Source of the DNA: Diplonema japonicum
Lineage: Eukaryota; Protista; Euglenozoa: Diplonemea
Length of the DNA: 64,000 nt
Reading direction: 5' to 3'
NCBI GenBank assembly: GCA_964019335.1
Contig: OZ025662.1
Coordinates: forward strand, 248,001-312,000
Shown: piece by piece, positions 17,834-29,067 of the stretch
Numbering within the stretch: the first letter of the stretch is position 1
How the letters are laid out: every line of letters begins with the position of its first letter
Position numbers and translations under genes: made by a program
Notes under the pieces: generated by a model
The model's input: only the letters and a program-made list of their open reading frames with translations
What the model was told of the DNA's origin: nothing
The model's database searches: none

Positions 17834-20532
17834 TTTTTTTTTTTTTTTCCTTTGATTTTTTTTTTTTTTTTTTTATGGGCTTGTCCGAGGGGATCGCTCG
17901 CTAATTTCTTATTATTAGCAAATTGTCGTTCTCAGGATGGTACCTGCACATTGCAATCTGAAAGAGCAGTTGGAAGTATACACCAGAATATTTTCTGTGG
18001 GGGAGGAAGAATGAAGCCCCCCCCCAAAGAAAAAGTTTCAAACATTTTTTCCCTCCCACGAGCTCATATTATACTTATTCGAGATGTGCGGTGTTTCGGG
18101 GGATGGAGAAAGGAGAAGATTTTTTTTTTGTTCTTCCTTTTTTATTTTGGTTTGCAGTGATCAAGTAATGCAGACCGCAAATTCGTTTGATGTCATTCAT
18201 ACATAGAAGGGAAAAGAGTCTTCTTTCCTTTTCTTTATTCTCCTTATTTTCTTCAAAATCGGAAAACCTGAAGGAGGGGGGGAAATAAAAAGAAGGAAAA
18301 AAAGAAGGAGCCAGGAGAGATATAAGGAAAATGGCCCCACTGACACCAAGAGCTGCATATGGGGGTGGACTGCTGCTGGCTCCGATATTGGCCTTTTCAG
18401 GTCAACTCCCCCTCCATAGCTTTAGGGTGCATTTTTCTTTTCTCTTGTCTCGCATTTTTTTTTTCGTATCACCACCCCCTCCCTTTTTTTATTCCTTAAA
18501 GACGTATTTCTTTTGTACTATAGGAAGACAGTCATGGCGTGCTGGCTAGCATCGCACGTAAAATGTGTATGTTTTTTTCTTCTTTTTTTTTCTTTCTTGT
18601 CTTTCCTTTTTCTTTTACATCACATTTGACTTTTCTAGCTTTCTTCCTGCTTTACCTTCCTTCCTGCCTTCGTTTTTCAGAATACAGGGAAGAGGGGGTG
18701 ATAAAGTGCAAGCGGTAAGGTGGATGCCGGGAAAAAGTTTTTTTTTTTTAAAAGAGTCCAAAAGACCCTTTGGAAAACAAAACTACCTCACAAGTAAACA
18801 ACCCCAGATTTCTTGCAGGGGGTGTTTTGATTTTGATTGCTTTACCCTGTCTCGCATGTCAGTCTTGTACTTGTGTCAAAAGAGTAACACTGAAGTGGGT
18901 GCACTTCTTCTTCTCTGCACGTTACATCCAAATAAAAAAAAAAAAAAAAAAGAAAACCTTATTGTCCCTCGGGGGTTATGATAGCCACAGGCAGTCCTCT
19001 GGTTATTTCTGTGATATTTTGTGATCACAAAATGCCTGCAGATGCTGGGGGGAATATGTCGATGACACTGGGATGATAAAAAACACTCATATTACAGGAA
19101 CCAGGTGGGATCGAGGCTTTTTCGTTACCCATCAAAAAGAGAAAAAAGGAGTTTTTTTTTAATTCTCCCTTTCTTACTTTGTTTGCAGTATAGTTGGAGT
19201 AGAGCAGTCAAGAAAAAAAAAAGAAAAAAAAAAGATTTTAAAGAATTACGGCAGGAGCATAATTGGTCGGAAAGCTCAGAAAGAGTATCACAAGAAAGAG
19301 AGGGGAAAAAAAAAAAGGAAAAAAAAAAATAGAATCAAGTTTTAATCAGTCGTCACCCCTCCTCCCCTCCCCTTCTTCTTTTTCTTTTTTCTTTTCTTTT
19401 TTTTTTTGATGTTAATTAAAACGTGAGTTCCACCGCATGAAAAAAATGATGTTGCACTGCAGTGGCCAGGCAGCTCCATGCAGGCGATTCGCGACTGTCC
19501 TTTTTTTTCTAGTGTATTTTCCGTTTTACCCCCCTTTTTTTTCTCTTTTTTTTTGTTTCTTATAAGAGGAATGGGGAGGTCCATCCTCTTTTTTTTTTCT
19601 TTTCTCCCCCTTGACCCACGAAGGGTACCGTTTAGTTGGTTCATCTTGAATGAACTCTACCAGCCTGGCATGGCAGACGGACTGAAAGGAGAAAAAAAAA
19701 TAAAAGGAAAAAAAGGGGGGGGGGAAGGGGGATGAAGATTGAGTAAAAGAGACTATTGAAAGAATAATGGGCAACGAAAAAATACATCAAAAAAAGGGGT
19801 GGTTTCACCTAATACTCAAAAAGGTGCCGCAAAATAATAACTAGGAAAAAAAATGGGGGGCGGGACTAGACTGTCTACGAGACATTTTTAAAAGGTTGTG
19901 ATTTTGCGCTCACCGACTAGAGCCGTGCCCCGTCGTTCTAGGTTTTTGTTGGATGCTTGCCTGCTCGGTTTTGGATACTAAATTAATTTTCACGCATTCC
20001 TTTTTTTCTTGCTTTGTGAATTGCCCGGGAGAAAAAAAAAAAGTTTCAAAGGCGCTAATTAACCCTTTTTAACCTTTCTTTTCCATACTTCTTTCTTCTT
20101 TTCTTCTGTTCTTTCTCACACCAAAAAAAAAATTCTGTCTTGGTTCTTTTCTTTCTCACTTTATTATTATATACTTTTAATCCCACCTGCAAGCCGGGGG
20201 GGGACCAGAAAAAGGCAGTGATGACAACCAGTGCAGAAGGTAAAAACGGCAAGCTGTAAACCACAACCTCTCCTTCGGTTCATTTCACTCTTCTGTCTGT
20301 TTTCACTGAATCTGCGCACACCACCCACCCGATCCCTTTGGAACATGCATTTTGCAGTTCCACAGCGATGCGGGAGGGGCATGGTGGGGCACGATTTTTG
20401 TAGCAGACAGACAGGGGAACTCTTTGAGAGGGTAGCTATGATGCCTGTCTTAGCCAAATCAGAGCCTTTTAGGGAAGGGAATTTCTACGTCTTCCCTTTT
20501 TTTTTTTTTTTTTTTTTTCAAACACCCACAGG

Positions 20533-23500
20533 ATGCCCCCAAAGAACCTTACTGCCCTTGAAGAAAATGAAGAAGATGATTGGCTTTCGAAGAGGCTACT
20601 CTCGGGATGTCTTTTAGACGATGTGGAGGGAAATGACAATAGAGAGGTAATGCGGGTTAAGACCAGGAAGCTACAGAAACTGATCCATGCGGTCTTCCCT
20701 CGGAACGAAGTGAGCGTGAGCGACAGTGAAGACACGCTGACGAAACTGATGGAGAAGGTCGACGACATACAGAAGGGGCTTGAAGCACGCGACGCTGAAC
20801 AGCAGCAGCGTCAGGAAGAGTTAGGCAAGGCATACAAAGAAACCTTGCGGAGACTGGGGAAGCTCTTGACAGAGTCCGAGGTTTCGTTTTCGAATGTCGG
20901 GCATCTAGAGTCGAACATTGAGATGCTGTCGCAGACTTTGCAGTTCACGATATCCAAAGAGGCCCCTGTTCCCATCATGACACTCAAGCAACGGGATGGG
21001 GTCTTCTTTGTAGACGAAGTGGCCACAGGGAAACTTGCACCGGAGCGTAAACGGTCTGGGATCTGCTCGCCAAGCACCCCCCCTGAAGACGCTGATTTCA
21101 ACCGGCCTGTGTTGCAGCCCCCGCCCTCTTTAGCCCGCCGTAGCATCCCTGCAACCACCGCACCAATTTTTGTTGCTCCCGTTCTTGAGGATGAAGACCC
21201 CACCCCAACTTCCGAGCCTGTTACCCCGGTCGCGCCTGGGCGGAACCCCTCCCTCTCCAACATTATGCCCACCGACATTAAGCTCGAAAAATTCGCACCG
21301 ACTTCTCCTGTTCTCGACCTCCCACCCCCCAAGAAGTTTGATATCGTCAAGATCCGCAGCCCAACGCAGGAACCCTTGAGGAAGACGCTTTCGAAACAGA
21401 CCGAGAGCGAACCGGAAGAAATCGATATCACAAACGAGGTGGAGAAGATCGATGCCATGCTGCTGGGCGTGAAGGGTGAAGTGAAGAACGAGAAGAGGAA
21501 ATCTCGCCGAAAAATCTCAACGGCAGCGAAGAGGAAGAAAAGCCACAAGATTGTTCGCACTGAGTTGGAACCACCAAAATCACCTGCAGTACCGTTGATG
21601 CCAGCGAACGAGGGACTGAAAGTGTCTGCCGAGGATGTGGCACAAGGGTGCGAAAAGTGTGCGAAATTGGTACAACAGTTGGAGCGCAGGGATCAGTTGC
21701 TGATAGGGATGAAGAAGAAATTGTTAACTCTTGGGGACAAACATAAAGTTCTTACGAAAAACATGAAGGAGCTGTCAGAATCTGCAGTAGAGACCACCAT
21801 CCCTGAGGAAGAGCACCTCAACATTGTGTCATATCTTACATCGCAGATCAACTCCCTAATGTGTAGGCTAACCGAAATCACAGTATCTAACGAGGGCCTG
21901 CAGACAGAGCTGGAAAGCTCTGTAGTCGCTGTAACGAACATGACTCCTTCAGTCAGATCTAGTGTTGCCAGGCCTTCAGTTTTCAAAAGACCGTCGCAGG
22001 CCCGCACCCTTGCAAAGCTCCGCAACATGCTGCAAGCGCACAACACAGATCTGATGGAACGTGAAGACAGGATGCCTCGGGCTGTATCCCCGCAGCCCGC
22101 TTCCGGTTGGGATTTCGTGCGAAAGAATATCCGTCGTGTTCTGATACAGAAGAAAGCCGCCGAGATGGCACTGGCAGCAACGTCAACCAGTTCAGAAGCC
22201 AGCCTTGTCCTCGTCACTGCTTTGAAAAAACTGAAGGCAAAGCATCTCGAGCAGCTTCCTGAGCAAGGCAACGACGTTTCTTTGGGTGCAGGTAATTCTA
22301 GTTTTCTGCAGCAACTTCTGGAGAACACGACGACAGATCATGTTGCACTGGCACAAACCGAGACTCTCTTAGTCAGCGCGGCGGAGAGGCAGAACGAGCT
22401 GCATGCCAAACATTGCAGGTTGTTGCTTTTAGGCTACGGTTTAAGCGAGTCTCTTGTCGCAGACATTGCGGAACTAAAGGCGAATGTTGAAGAACGCCAG
22501 AGGGCTTCTGCTGTTGTGTTGCGTGGGTTGTTCAGTAGTAGGCCTTCAGAGCCAGGGTCCGTGACTCCAGCGGTGCCCCTGCAGGGTAAGGATAGTATCA
22601 ATAGCGTGTTTACCCCTTTGACGGGTTCGAACGAGAACGAACGAAGCTTCGGTGAGTTTGAGCCGTTGGTGCTATCCAACAAGCAAGCAGTGCCCGACAG
22701 TCGCCGCAGCGAGCCAAATACACCACCCGAGATTGTCAGGGAATCGTCAACTCAAGGCAACTTCCGTGAGCCCGTAGCACAGTCGTACATGTCTGATCGC
22801 CTGTCTGACCACTTCCCTGACCAGCTCTCTGACCGGAGCTCCCTGGCACCTGACACGAGAGAATCAGACACATACGACACGCCGCTGTACACCTCTGAAG
22901 ACGGACACACGCCACTGTACACTTCTGAAGACGGACACTCGCCCCTGTGCACTTCTGAAGACGGACTCTCGCCACTTGAGAACCCCGACGAAACCGACAC
23001 AAGTTCTAACCTGAACAGCAACAGAAAGAGCTCCGGGAAGCGGGTTTCTATGAGCCCCAGTAGCAAGCATACAAGGAAGTCCATCCTGCGCAAGGGTTCA
23101 AAAAGAAGCCTTAACTCATCACTCTCGCGAAAGGCACGCTTTTCAGATGTGACAGACAACCTGGAGCACGATACTACTGAAACAGAACACGAGGAAGACA
23201 CGAGACCTGACAGCAAGGAGGGTACTAACGAGACGGCTAAAAGATGTAGCGACTCCCAGCCTCGTGTTCAGGTACAATGCGAAGAGAAGAAGTCTGACGT
23301 CCCCCGAAGGTCTCGGAAGCACACGATAACGGCAAACCGCAGCAAAAAGTTATCTTCTCCTTCGCAAAAAGAAACACGACGGAAGTCGCGTGTACAGCCA
23401 GAATCAAATACACGAACACCGCAACAGCAGCAGCAGGCTGCTAGACTCGTGCGAACGACACAAGCGCAACCTAATAATGTGTTGCGTGAGGCAATCCTCT

Positions 23501-24942
23501 CTGTAGTCAAGAATTTCAGTCGGGTGAGCAGCTCGCTGCGGAGTGTAAAGTACTCTGTGAACGATCTTGCAGCCTCCATTGACAGCGCCATCTGCGATAC
23601 AGTTGAGGCAATGACAGACCGGTTAGCTACCTGCAGCGTTCTTGACGAACGAATAACGTGGTACACGGGAAACAAAGAGGCAACACAGTGGTGGATGAAA
23701 GACAACGTGATCCAGGATTACTTAGACGGAGGCGATGACTGGAGGTTTGCTGAAGAGGAAAAGGTGTCGATAGACGAGCAGACCGTGCGGAAGGAGTGGT
23801 TGGAAAAAAACTTCTGGAAATCATCCGAGTACATCGAGGCGTTCGGTGCGGGGTGGGTCCCAATGCAGGAGTCGTACGTCGCAAAGTTGTCTGTAGAAGC
23901 ACTGGAACTGGAGAACAATAAAGTGTCGGCAGTGAGACTGAACCTGAACGCTGCAGACGGTGGGTCGTCGGATAGCAGCACTGTCGAGAGTCTGTCTTCA
24001 TTAAGCGGGCAGGAAGGCGTCGAAGAAGCACCCGAGAACCTTTTGAAGAGTATTCCATCTGATGTGTTTGCAGTGAACCCCACGTTAATGAGAAGCAACA
24101 CCGATGCTCAGCTGCGGCTGCCGTGCATCGCCATGCGTGGCACCACCAAGATTCGGAAACGGATCTCATCTGTGAGCACACTGGGCGACACTCCTGGTGT
24201 GTCTGCAGACGCTGTCTTGCGGCTTGGAAAGTCCACCTTGCAGCCTGGCACCATGGCCGTTATGGCGAAGCTCGCAAACCAATACAGCAAAGTCGTGATC
24301 CGCAAACAAGCGATGAAACGACAGCTTAGAATAGACATGCAAAACTACCACAAAGTAGTACGCGAAGAGAACATGGCCATTCATGGAGCGACTGCCACGG
24401 AGCAACAGATATCCACATCGATAGATGCTATCGGTGCAAGCGACAAGCACTTCGGGTCGACGAGGGGCAGAGAGAACAGGAGAATATCTGAAGTTATGAT
24501 AAGGAGCCGGTTTGTCGTGGAGGGCAGCATGATAAAGTACCGTGAGCTCAAGCAACAGCAGACGATGTTGGTGCACGGCATGGCTGGGCTTTTGCCCCCG
24601 CAAGCAAGGAAGCTTGTTGTCGGCAGTACTATCAAGATTAAGGAGCGGCGATCGACAACAAAACAGTGCAAAGTCTCTGGTTTTGTGAAACCCTTACCCC
24701 CCGCCAGCCTCCCGTACAACCCTGTCCCCCCCTCCCCGCCCTGCAAACCTGCTGCTACCAACCCCGCGCCGCCTTTACAGGCTGCCACCTCCAACCATTT
24801 CTTGGATGAACAACAGCCGTCCCGCCCTGCTAAAAACCGACAGCACCACCCTAAGCGCAGGCAGATGAAGTACCCCAGCAGGCCGTTGATCGAAGACGAC
24901 CCACCATTCGTCATCAGGAAGGAGAGGATAAGTGCGAGATGA
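20533..24942 (+). CDS. Large low-complexity/coiled-coil hypothetical protein (1469 aa)
   Basis: Long uninterrupted ORF with Ser/Pro-rich and coiled-coil segments. Confidence 0.8.
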   Translation: MPPKNLTALEENEEDDWLSKRLLSGCLLDDVEGNDNREVMRVKTRKLQKLIHAVFPRNEVSVSDSEDTLTKLMEKVDDIQKGLEARDAEQQQRQEELGKAYKETLRRLGKLLTESEVSFSNVGHLESNIEMLSQTLQFTISKEAPVPIMTLKQRDGVFFVDEVATGKLAPERKRSGICSPSTPPEDADFNRPVLQPPPSLARRSIPATTAPIFVAPVLEDEDPTPTSEPVTPVAPGRNPSLSNIMPTDIKLEKFAPTSPVLDLPPPKKFDIVKIRSPTQEPLRKTLSKQTESEPEEIDITNEVEKIDAMLLGVKGEVKNEKRKSRRKISTAAKRKKSHKIVRTELEPPKSPAVPLMPANEGLKVSAEDVAQGCEKCAKLVQQLERRDQLLIGMKKKLLTLGDKHKVLTKNMKELSESAVETTIPEEEHLNIVSYLTSQINSLMCRLTEITVSNEGLQTELESSVVAVTNMTPSVRSSVARPSVFKRPSQARTLAKLRNMLQAHNTDLMEREDRMPRAVSPQPASGWDFVRKNIRRVLIQKKAAEMALAATSTSSEASLVLVTALKKLKAKHLEQLPEQGNDVSLGAGNSSFLQQLLENTTTDHVALAQTETLLVSAAERQNELHAKHCRLLLLGYGLSESLVADIAELKANVEERQRASAVVLRGLFSSRPSEPGSVTPAVPLQGKDSINSVFTPLTGSNENERSFGEFEPLVLSNKQAVPDSRRSEPNTPPEIVRESSTQGNFREPVAQSYMSDRLSDHFPDQLSDRSSLAPDTRESDTYDTPLYTSEDGHTPLYTSEDGHSPLCTSEDGLSPLENPDETDTSSNLNSNRKSSGKRVSMSPSSKHTRKSILRKGSKRSLNSSLSRKARFSDVTDNLEHDTTETEHEEDTRPDSKEGTNETAKRCSDSQPRVQVQCEEKKSDVPRRSRKHTITANRSKKLSSPSQKETRRKSRVQPESNTRTPQQQQQAARLVRTTQAQPNNVLREAILSVVKNFSRVSSSLRSVKYSVNDLAASIDSAICDTVEAMTDRLATCSVLDERITWYTGNKEATQWWMKDNVIQDYLDGGDDWRFAEEEKVSIDEQTVRKEWLEKNFWKSSEYIEAFGAGWVPMQESYVAKLSVEALELENNKVSAVRLNLNAADGGSSDSSTVESLSSLSGQEGVEEAPENLLKSIPSDVFAVNPTLMRSNTDAQLRLPCIAMRGTTKIRKRISSVSTLGDTPGVSADAVLRLGKSTLQPGTMAVMAKLANQYSKVVIRKQAMKRQLRIDMQNYHKVVREENMAIHGATATEQQISTSIDAIGASDKHFGSTRGRENRRISEVMIRSRFVVEGSMIKYRELKQQQTMLVHGMAGLLPPQARKLVVGSTIKIKERRSTTKQCKVSGFVKPLPPASLPYNPVPPSPPCKPAATNPAPPLQAATSNHFLDEQQPSRPAKNRQHHPKRRQMKYPSRPLIEDDPPFVIRKERISAR
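22876..22975 (+). repeat. 30-bp coding tandem repeat, ~3 copies (TPLYTSEDGH)
   Basis: (a/t)cgccNctgt(a/g)cacYtctgaagacggacac repeated. Confidence 0.85.
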
Positions 24943-25014
24943 TGCTTTCTTTCCCTTGACATTCTTTTATTTATGTGAAAGAGCAAAACAGAACAAAGGA
25001 AGAGGGGGGTGGAA

Positions 25015-25542
25015 ATGCATTCACCAGACATTCTGGTGCCTGGTATCATACCTGGGTATGGATTGCCGTTTGTCTCGCCAGAGAGAAGGCGGGTGGTAGA
25101 AGAAACGAGGCCTGTGTCAGGCACGGGCGACCCTGTGTATGTAATACGGCAGCAGTGCAATTATGGAGAAGGGAAGGAGCTGGGAAAGGTGGAACCATTG
25201 CCAAAAGGTTTTAAGCCAATGGCCAGCGTCCTAGGCGTGTATGGTAGTAAGGAGAGCGCGAAGTTCTATTTGGATCGATTGGCAGAAGACTCTGTGACGA
25301 GGCATAAAATACAAACGAGGTTTGACCCACCCGAAGGGGCGGACACCCTTCCTGACGGGTTGGCAGCAGACGTGTGGACCCAACTGAAGACCGCCTCCGC
25401 CAACAGCACTACGGCCGTTAAGGTTCCCTGCACGAGTGTGGAACTTGGCTATAAATGGTCCTACAGACGTTGGAACATTGTTGTGGACGTGTGGGTTGAA
25501 CGGTTTCTCGTTGACGCACCTCCAGCGGTGACGTTGTGGTGA
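25015..25542 (+). CDS. Hypothetical protein (175 aa)
   Basis: ATG ORF on the coding strand with globular composition. Confidence 0.55.
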   Translation: MHSPDILVPGIIPGYGLPFVSPERRRVVEETRPVSGTGDPVYVIRQQCNYGEGKELGKVEPLPKGFKPMASVLGVYGSKESAKFYLDRLAEDSVTRHKIQTRFDPPEGADTLPDGLAADVWTQLKTASANSTTAVKVPCTSVELGYKWSYRRWNIVVDVWVERFLVDAPPAVTLW

Positions 25543-25665
25543 AGGGCTTCACCTTTTCTTCTTTTCTCTTAGCTAGATATAGACCAAGTCTTGTTTTTTG
25601 TATCTGTTACCTTTATTGCCATCCTTTTCTTACCCAAACCAAGGCGGAGGGGGGTTGGCGGGAAA

Positions 25666-28518
25666 ATGGCAACGGAGCAGGACGACCCTGCCCCCCAGTA
25701 CGTCTTCGATGATGACTCGAGTTTAGTGGATGGTGACAACAGGCTTCAGTTTGACACTATCCAGTCAGCGGGCGATGTGGTCGGAGAGCAGGATCTTGAC
25801 ATGCCAGCGCATTTCGAGGAGATACGGCTCCCAGATTTGGATAGAATGGAAGAAGTGCGTGAGGAGTTAGCACCATATGCAGATGACATCAGGATGGAAG
25901 ATAGTGTGCAAGATGGCGGTGAGGGATATGGCGAAGTAGATGCCAGAGAGATGGTTAGTGAGCCCGGGACACCTGCGATGGCACCTGTGCCTGTGGATGG
26001 CGGTGAATCCATGCTCGAAAGGGTGCAGGAAGTGGTGATGCCTCCAAGGAATGAGATACCGCTGCCTTGTATTGCCCCGCCGCCGTCGAGTGTTGTTTTG
26101 GTGGACATGGCTGCGATGACATCTGTGATTCAATTTGAGGTGACACGGAGGCGGTATCTTCGGTGGTGGATGCAGGCTGTCCTGTATTTTGTGCTGGTCG
26201 TGGTGATTGCCATGCTGCAGATTAACGTGAGCGACACGCATCAGATGGCCACTCTCGTCAAGAACACCTTCATCGAGCCCACCGTCACAGAGACGGGATC
26301 ACAGCGTCTTCTGCGCGACATCACCAACGTGGAGGACGTCCACCTCTGGTTGCGTAACGTCTGGGCACCTGGTATCTTCACCGATGTGTCCAGTGACGCC
26401 GTCTCCGACACCTCCCAGGCGGTCATCGCTGCTTACAACAAGGTTGCTGTGAACCCCTACCTGCACATGAAGAAGCGCTCGACCACTTCAGGGTGTGACC
26501 AGTACATTTTCTCCCCATCATACTGCAGAGACGGCACCAGCACTGGAGTCTACATCCGTAATGGCCGACAATACTCCCCCATAGACAGCCTCGACAACCC
26601 CAGCTCATCGGGCGACGGTTTCTACGCAGTTTTCAGAGTGAACACAAACGGCTACGGCGCGCTTGATGGTAACCACACTGTTTTTGATGGGACCAGTGTG
26701 GCTGCTGTGCGGGGCCACCTTCAGGTGCTGAAGCAGGACAATTGGTTTGACGAGGAGAGCACTTTTCTAGAGGCCCCCATTGTCATCTACAATCCTGAGT
26801 ATGACCTGCTGACCATCTACAAAGTCGTTTTTGAGGTGACAGACGGCGGTGGTGTAATTCCGTCTGCCCGAGGGTCTGTGCTGCAGACCACCCGACTGGA
26901 CTGGATATCCACCGACCAGGACAGGGCACGGTGGGGCTTGGAGTTCGTGTTTATGGCGGCGACGTTTTTGGAGGCTGTCAGCAAGGGCATCCAAATCAGG
27001 CGCGCAAGGCGGAGGGGTGCTTCAGTGCTGGCTTATTTCACATCGCGGGCGTGGGCTTGGAACTGCTTCGAGATCCTCTCTGTGCTGGTTGCCTTGACTG
27101 CATTCTCCTTGCACACCAGGCTCATGGACGACAAGCCGTCGCTCCCCTCACGGCTGCAGGTCTTGGACGGGAAGATTGACATCCCGTCTCAACTCCTGAT
27201 CGCAAGCAGGGCGGTGAACTCCGTCTTGATTATCTTATGCGGTGTGAAGGTGATGCGCTACTTCGGGTTCGTCCCTGGGTGGCGTGTGCTCCTGCTTGCG
27301 CTTGAAAAGGCGCTCCCGCCTCTATCAGCTTTCCTCCTCCTCCTAGTTGTCATCAGTATCGGGTTTGCCTGCTCTGGGTACTACGTGTTGGGCAATTCCA
27401 ATGGCTCCTTCGGTGGCACCCTTCAAGACGTTCTGTCTTTTTACACAAGAAAGGTCGAGGCCCTGTCCGTGTCGGGGGTTGCCGCTGACACGACCTACGG
27501 TGCGTTCCCTACAATGTGGTATTGGTTGTTGTTTGTTGTGATGGTAGTGATAGGCGTGGGGATGGTGGTGGGCATCGCTGTTGCCGCGCTCAAAGCCGCG
27601 CGGAACGAGTTGAAGGAGCTCGCGGAAGTCCGCCACGCAGCAAAAAGATGGAAGGAAGTCGCACCCAGAAAAGAATGGTGGAACTACATCCCTGGAGGGT
27701 CTGTCTTCAACACACTCCCGAAAAGCTTGATCGAAGTCTTCGGGGTAGAAGGGAAGAGGTGGATCGTCCCATTGATGATCGACTACACCGCTACGTCGAA
27801 GTTGATAGCAGAAGTGGGCGGGGGGAACCTGAGGGTGTATATTGGAGTGGAGAAATGGTTTAGAAGGAAGCTTGTTGGAGCACGGGGTCTAGCTGTTACG
27901 TTGCCACATGGGTCGTTGGTATCGACGACTAAATACCATAAAGGGTTCATGGCGAAGGTGCGCCCTGGGCAGGCGTTGCATCTGACCACAGAGCCGCTAC
28001 TGGGAGTGTCTGAAATCGAATTTGTCGTTGAAGGCAACACCCTACGCACGAAAGGAGAAGTGGACCTGGGCATGTCTGACCACCGTGAGGTGATCATTGA
28101 GTTCCCCAGGGTGATCAACGAAAATTTTGCCTGGCCGCAGAACGAAGTAGTCGTATCTGTTGACACAGTGCACAGGCTTGCCACATATGGTGGGTGCTTT
28201 ACATACTCCCCTGCGGACTGGATTGTGTGTTCTGTGGCGACCCCTTCTGCTCTTGATATATGTCCTTATCTTGTTACAGAGCCGTTCGTCCCGTTGGAGG
28301 ATATATTGCAAGCCATTGAGCATGCTGCTGTGGAAATTCCTGCTTCCACTTGGAGGCACTCTATCACTTCTCTTGCTCAAATGTTCTCTAAAACAGTTGA
28401 AGCACCACTCGCCACTTATTCTTCGCCCTATGCGAACCCTCTCGACACGGAGTCCACTTGGAACAGAGGCCGCACCGCACGAGGGAGGGATCACTATTCA
28501 AAACAGTCTCGTACTTGA
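25666..28518 (+). CDS. Polycystin/PKD2-like cation channel
   Basis: TM1, then extracellular TOP-like domain (VHLWLRNV, LKQDNWFDEEST, IYNP, FEVTDGGGV), followed by a 5-TM channel block (WNCFEI, KVMRYF, GFACSGYYVLG). Confidence 0.8.
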   Translation: MATEQDDPAPQYVFDDDSSLVDGDNRLQFDTIQSAGDVVGEQDLDMPAHFEEIRLPDLDRMEEVREELAPYADDIRMEDSVQDGGEGYGEVDAREMVSEPGTPAMAPVPVDGGESMLERVQEVVMPPRNEIPLPCIAPPPSSVVLVDMAAMTSVIQFEVTRRRYLRWWMQAVLYFVLVVVIAMLQINVSDTHQMATLVKNTFIEPTVTETGSQRLLRDITNVEDVHLWLRNVWAPGIFTDVSSDAVSDTSQAVIAAYNKVAVNPYLHMKKRSTTSGCDQYIFSPSYCRDGTSTGVYIRNGRQYSPIDSLDNPSSSGDGFYAVFRVNTNGYGALDGNHTVFDGTSVAAVRGHLQVLKQDNWFDEESTFLEAPIVIYNPEYDLLTIYKVVFEVTDGGGVIPSARGSVLQTTRLDWISTDQDRARWGLEFVFMAATFLEAVSKGIQIRRARRRGASVLAYFTSRAWAWNCFEILSVLVALTAFSLHTRLMDDKPSLPSRLQVLDGKIDIPSQLLIASRAVNSVLIILCGVKVMRYFGFVPGWRVLLLALEKALPPLSAFLLLLVVISIGFACSGYYVLGNSNGSFGGTLQDVLSFYTRKVEALSVSGVAADTTYGAFPTMWYWLLFVVMVVIGVGMVVGIAVAALKAARNELKELAEVRHAAKRWKEVAPRKEWWNYIPGGSVFNTLPKSLIEVFGVEGKRWIVPLMIDYTATSKLIAEVGGGNLRVYIGVEKWFRRKLVGARGLAVTLPHGSLVSTTKYHKGFMAKVRPGQALHLTTEPLLGVSEIEFVVEGNTLRTKGEVDLGMSDHREVIIEFPRVINENFAWPQNEVVVSVDTVHRLATYGGCFTYSPADWIVCSVATPSALDICPYLVTEPFVPLEDILQAIEHAAVEIPASTWRHSITSLAQMFSKTVEAPLATYSSPYANPLDTESTWNRGRTARGRDHYSKQSRT

Positions 28519-28546
28519 AAGAGGAAGAAGGAAAAGAGGGGATTTT

Positions 28547-28580
<34 letters not shown>

Positions 28581-29031
28581 TGTAAAATAGATCCTGAGTA
28601 GAATTTAGCTTTTTTTCTTTTTTTTTTTCTTCTTCTTTTGAGGGAGACTACAAACACGGTAAGTAAGCAAGTTGTCAACTTTGGGGGGCTAACCTGAGTT
28701 TTATTTTCCACCATCCACGGAGGGTTCAAAGAAGAAAAAAAAGGTACAGGGTTTGATGGAAAATCCAAATTCGCGTATCGTGTTTGTAGTTGTTCTCTCT
28801 TTTTTTTTCCTCTTTTCTCATCTCTTTTTATGCCCCAAATGGACACCTCTCCCGTCCCCCCCCCCTTTTTTTTCTTACAAGAAATCCGGAAAAAAAAAAG
28901 AAGAACAAAAAAGAAAAAGAAAAACACAGTTCCCTCCATTCTTCCCGTTAAATAGACTCACAAAAAAAAATTTTTTTCCCCCCTCCCGCCACGGCCCAAA
29001 ATTTTTTTTCAAAAAAAAAAAAAGGGGAAAC

Positions 29032-29063
<32 letters not shown>

Positions 29064-29067
<4 letters not shown>

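Noticed and set aside
18331-18720. Fragments reading IARKM/YREEG suggest a mitochondrial carrier
   Set aside because: Joining them gives a stop codon and no complete PxDxxK signature.
28540-29063. Poly-K and poly-F ORFs here and in other intergenic regions
   Set aside because: Translations of poly(A)/poly(T) tracts, whose exact lengths may also be sequencing artefacts.
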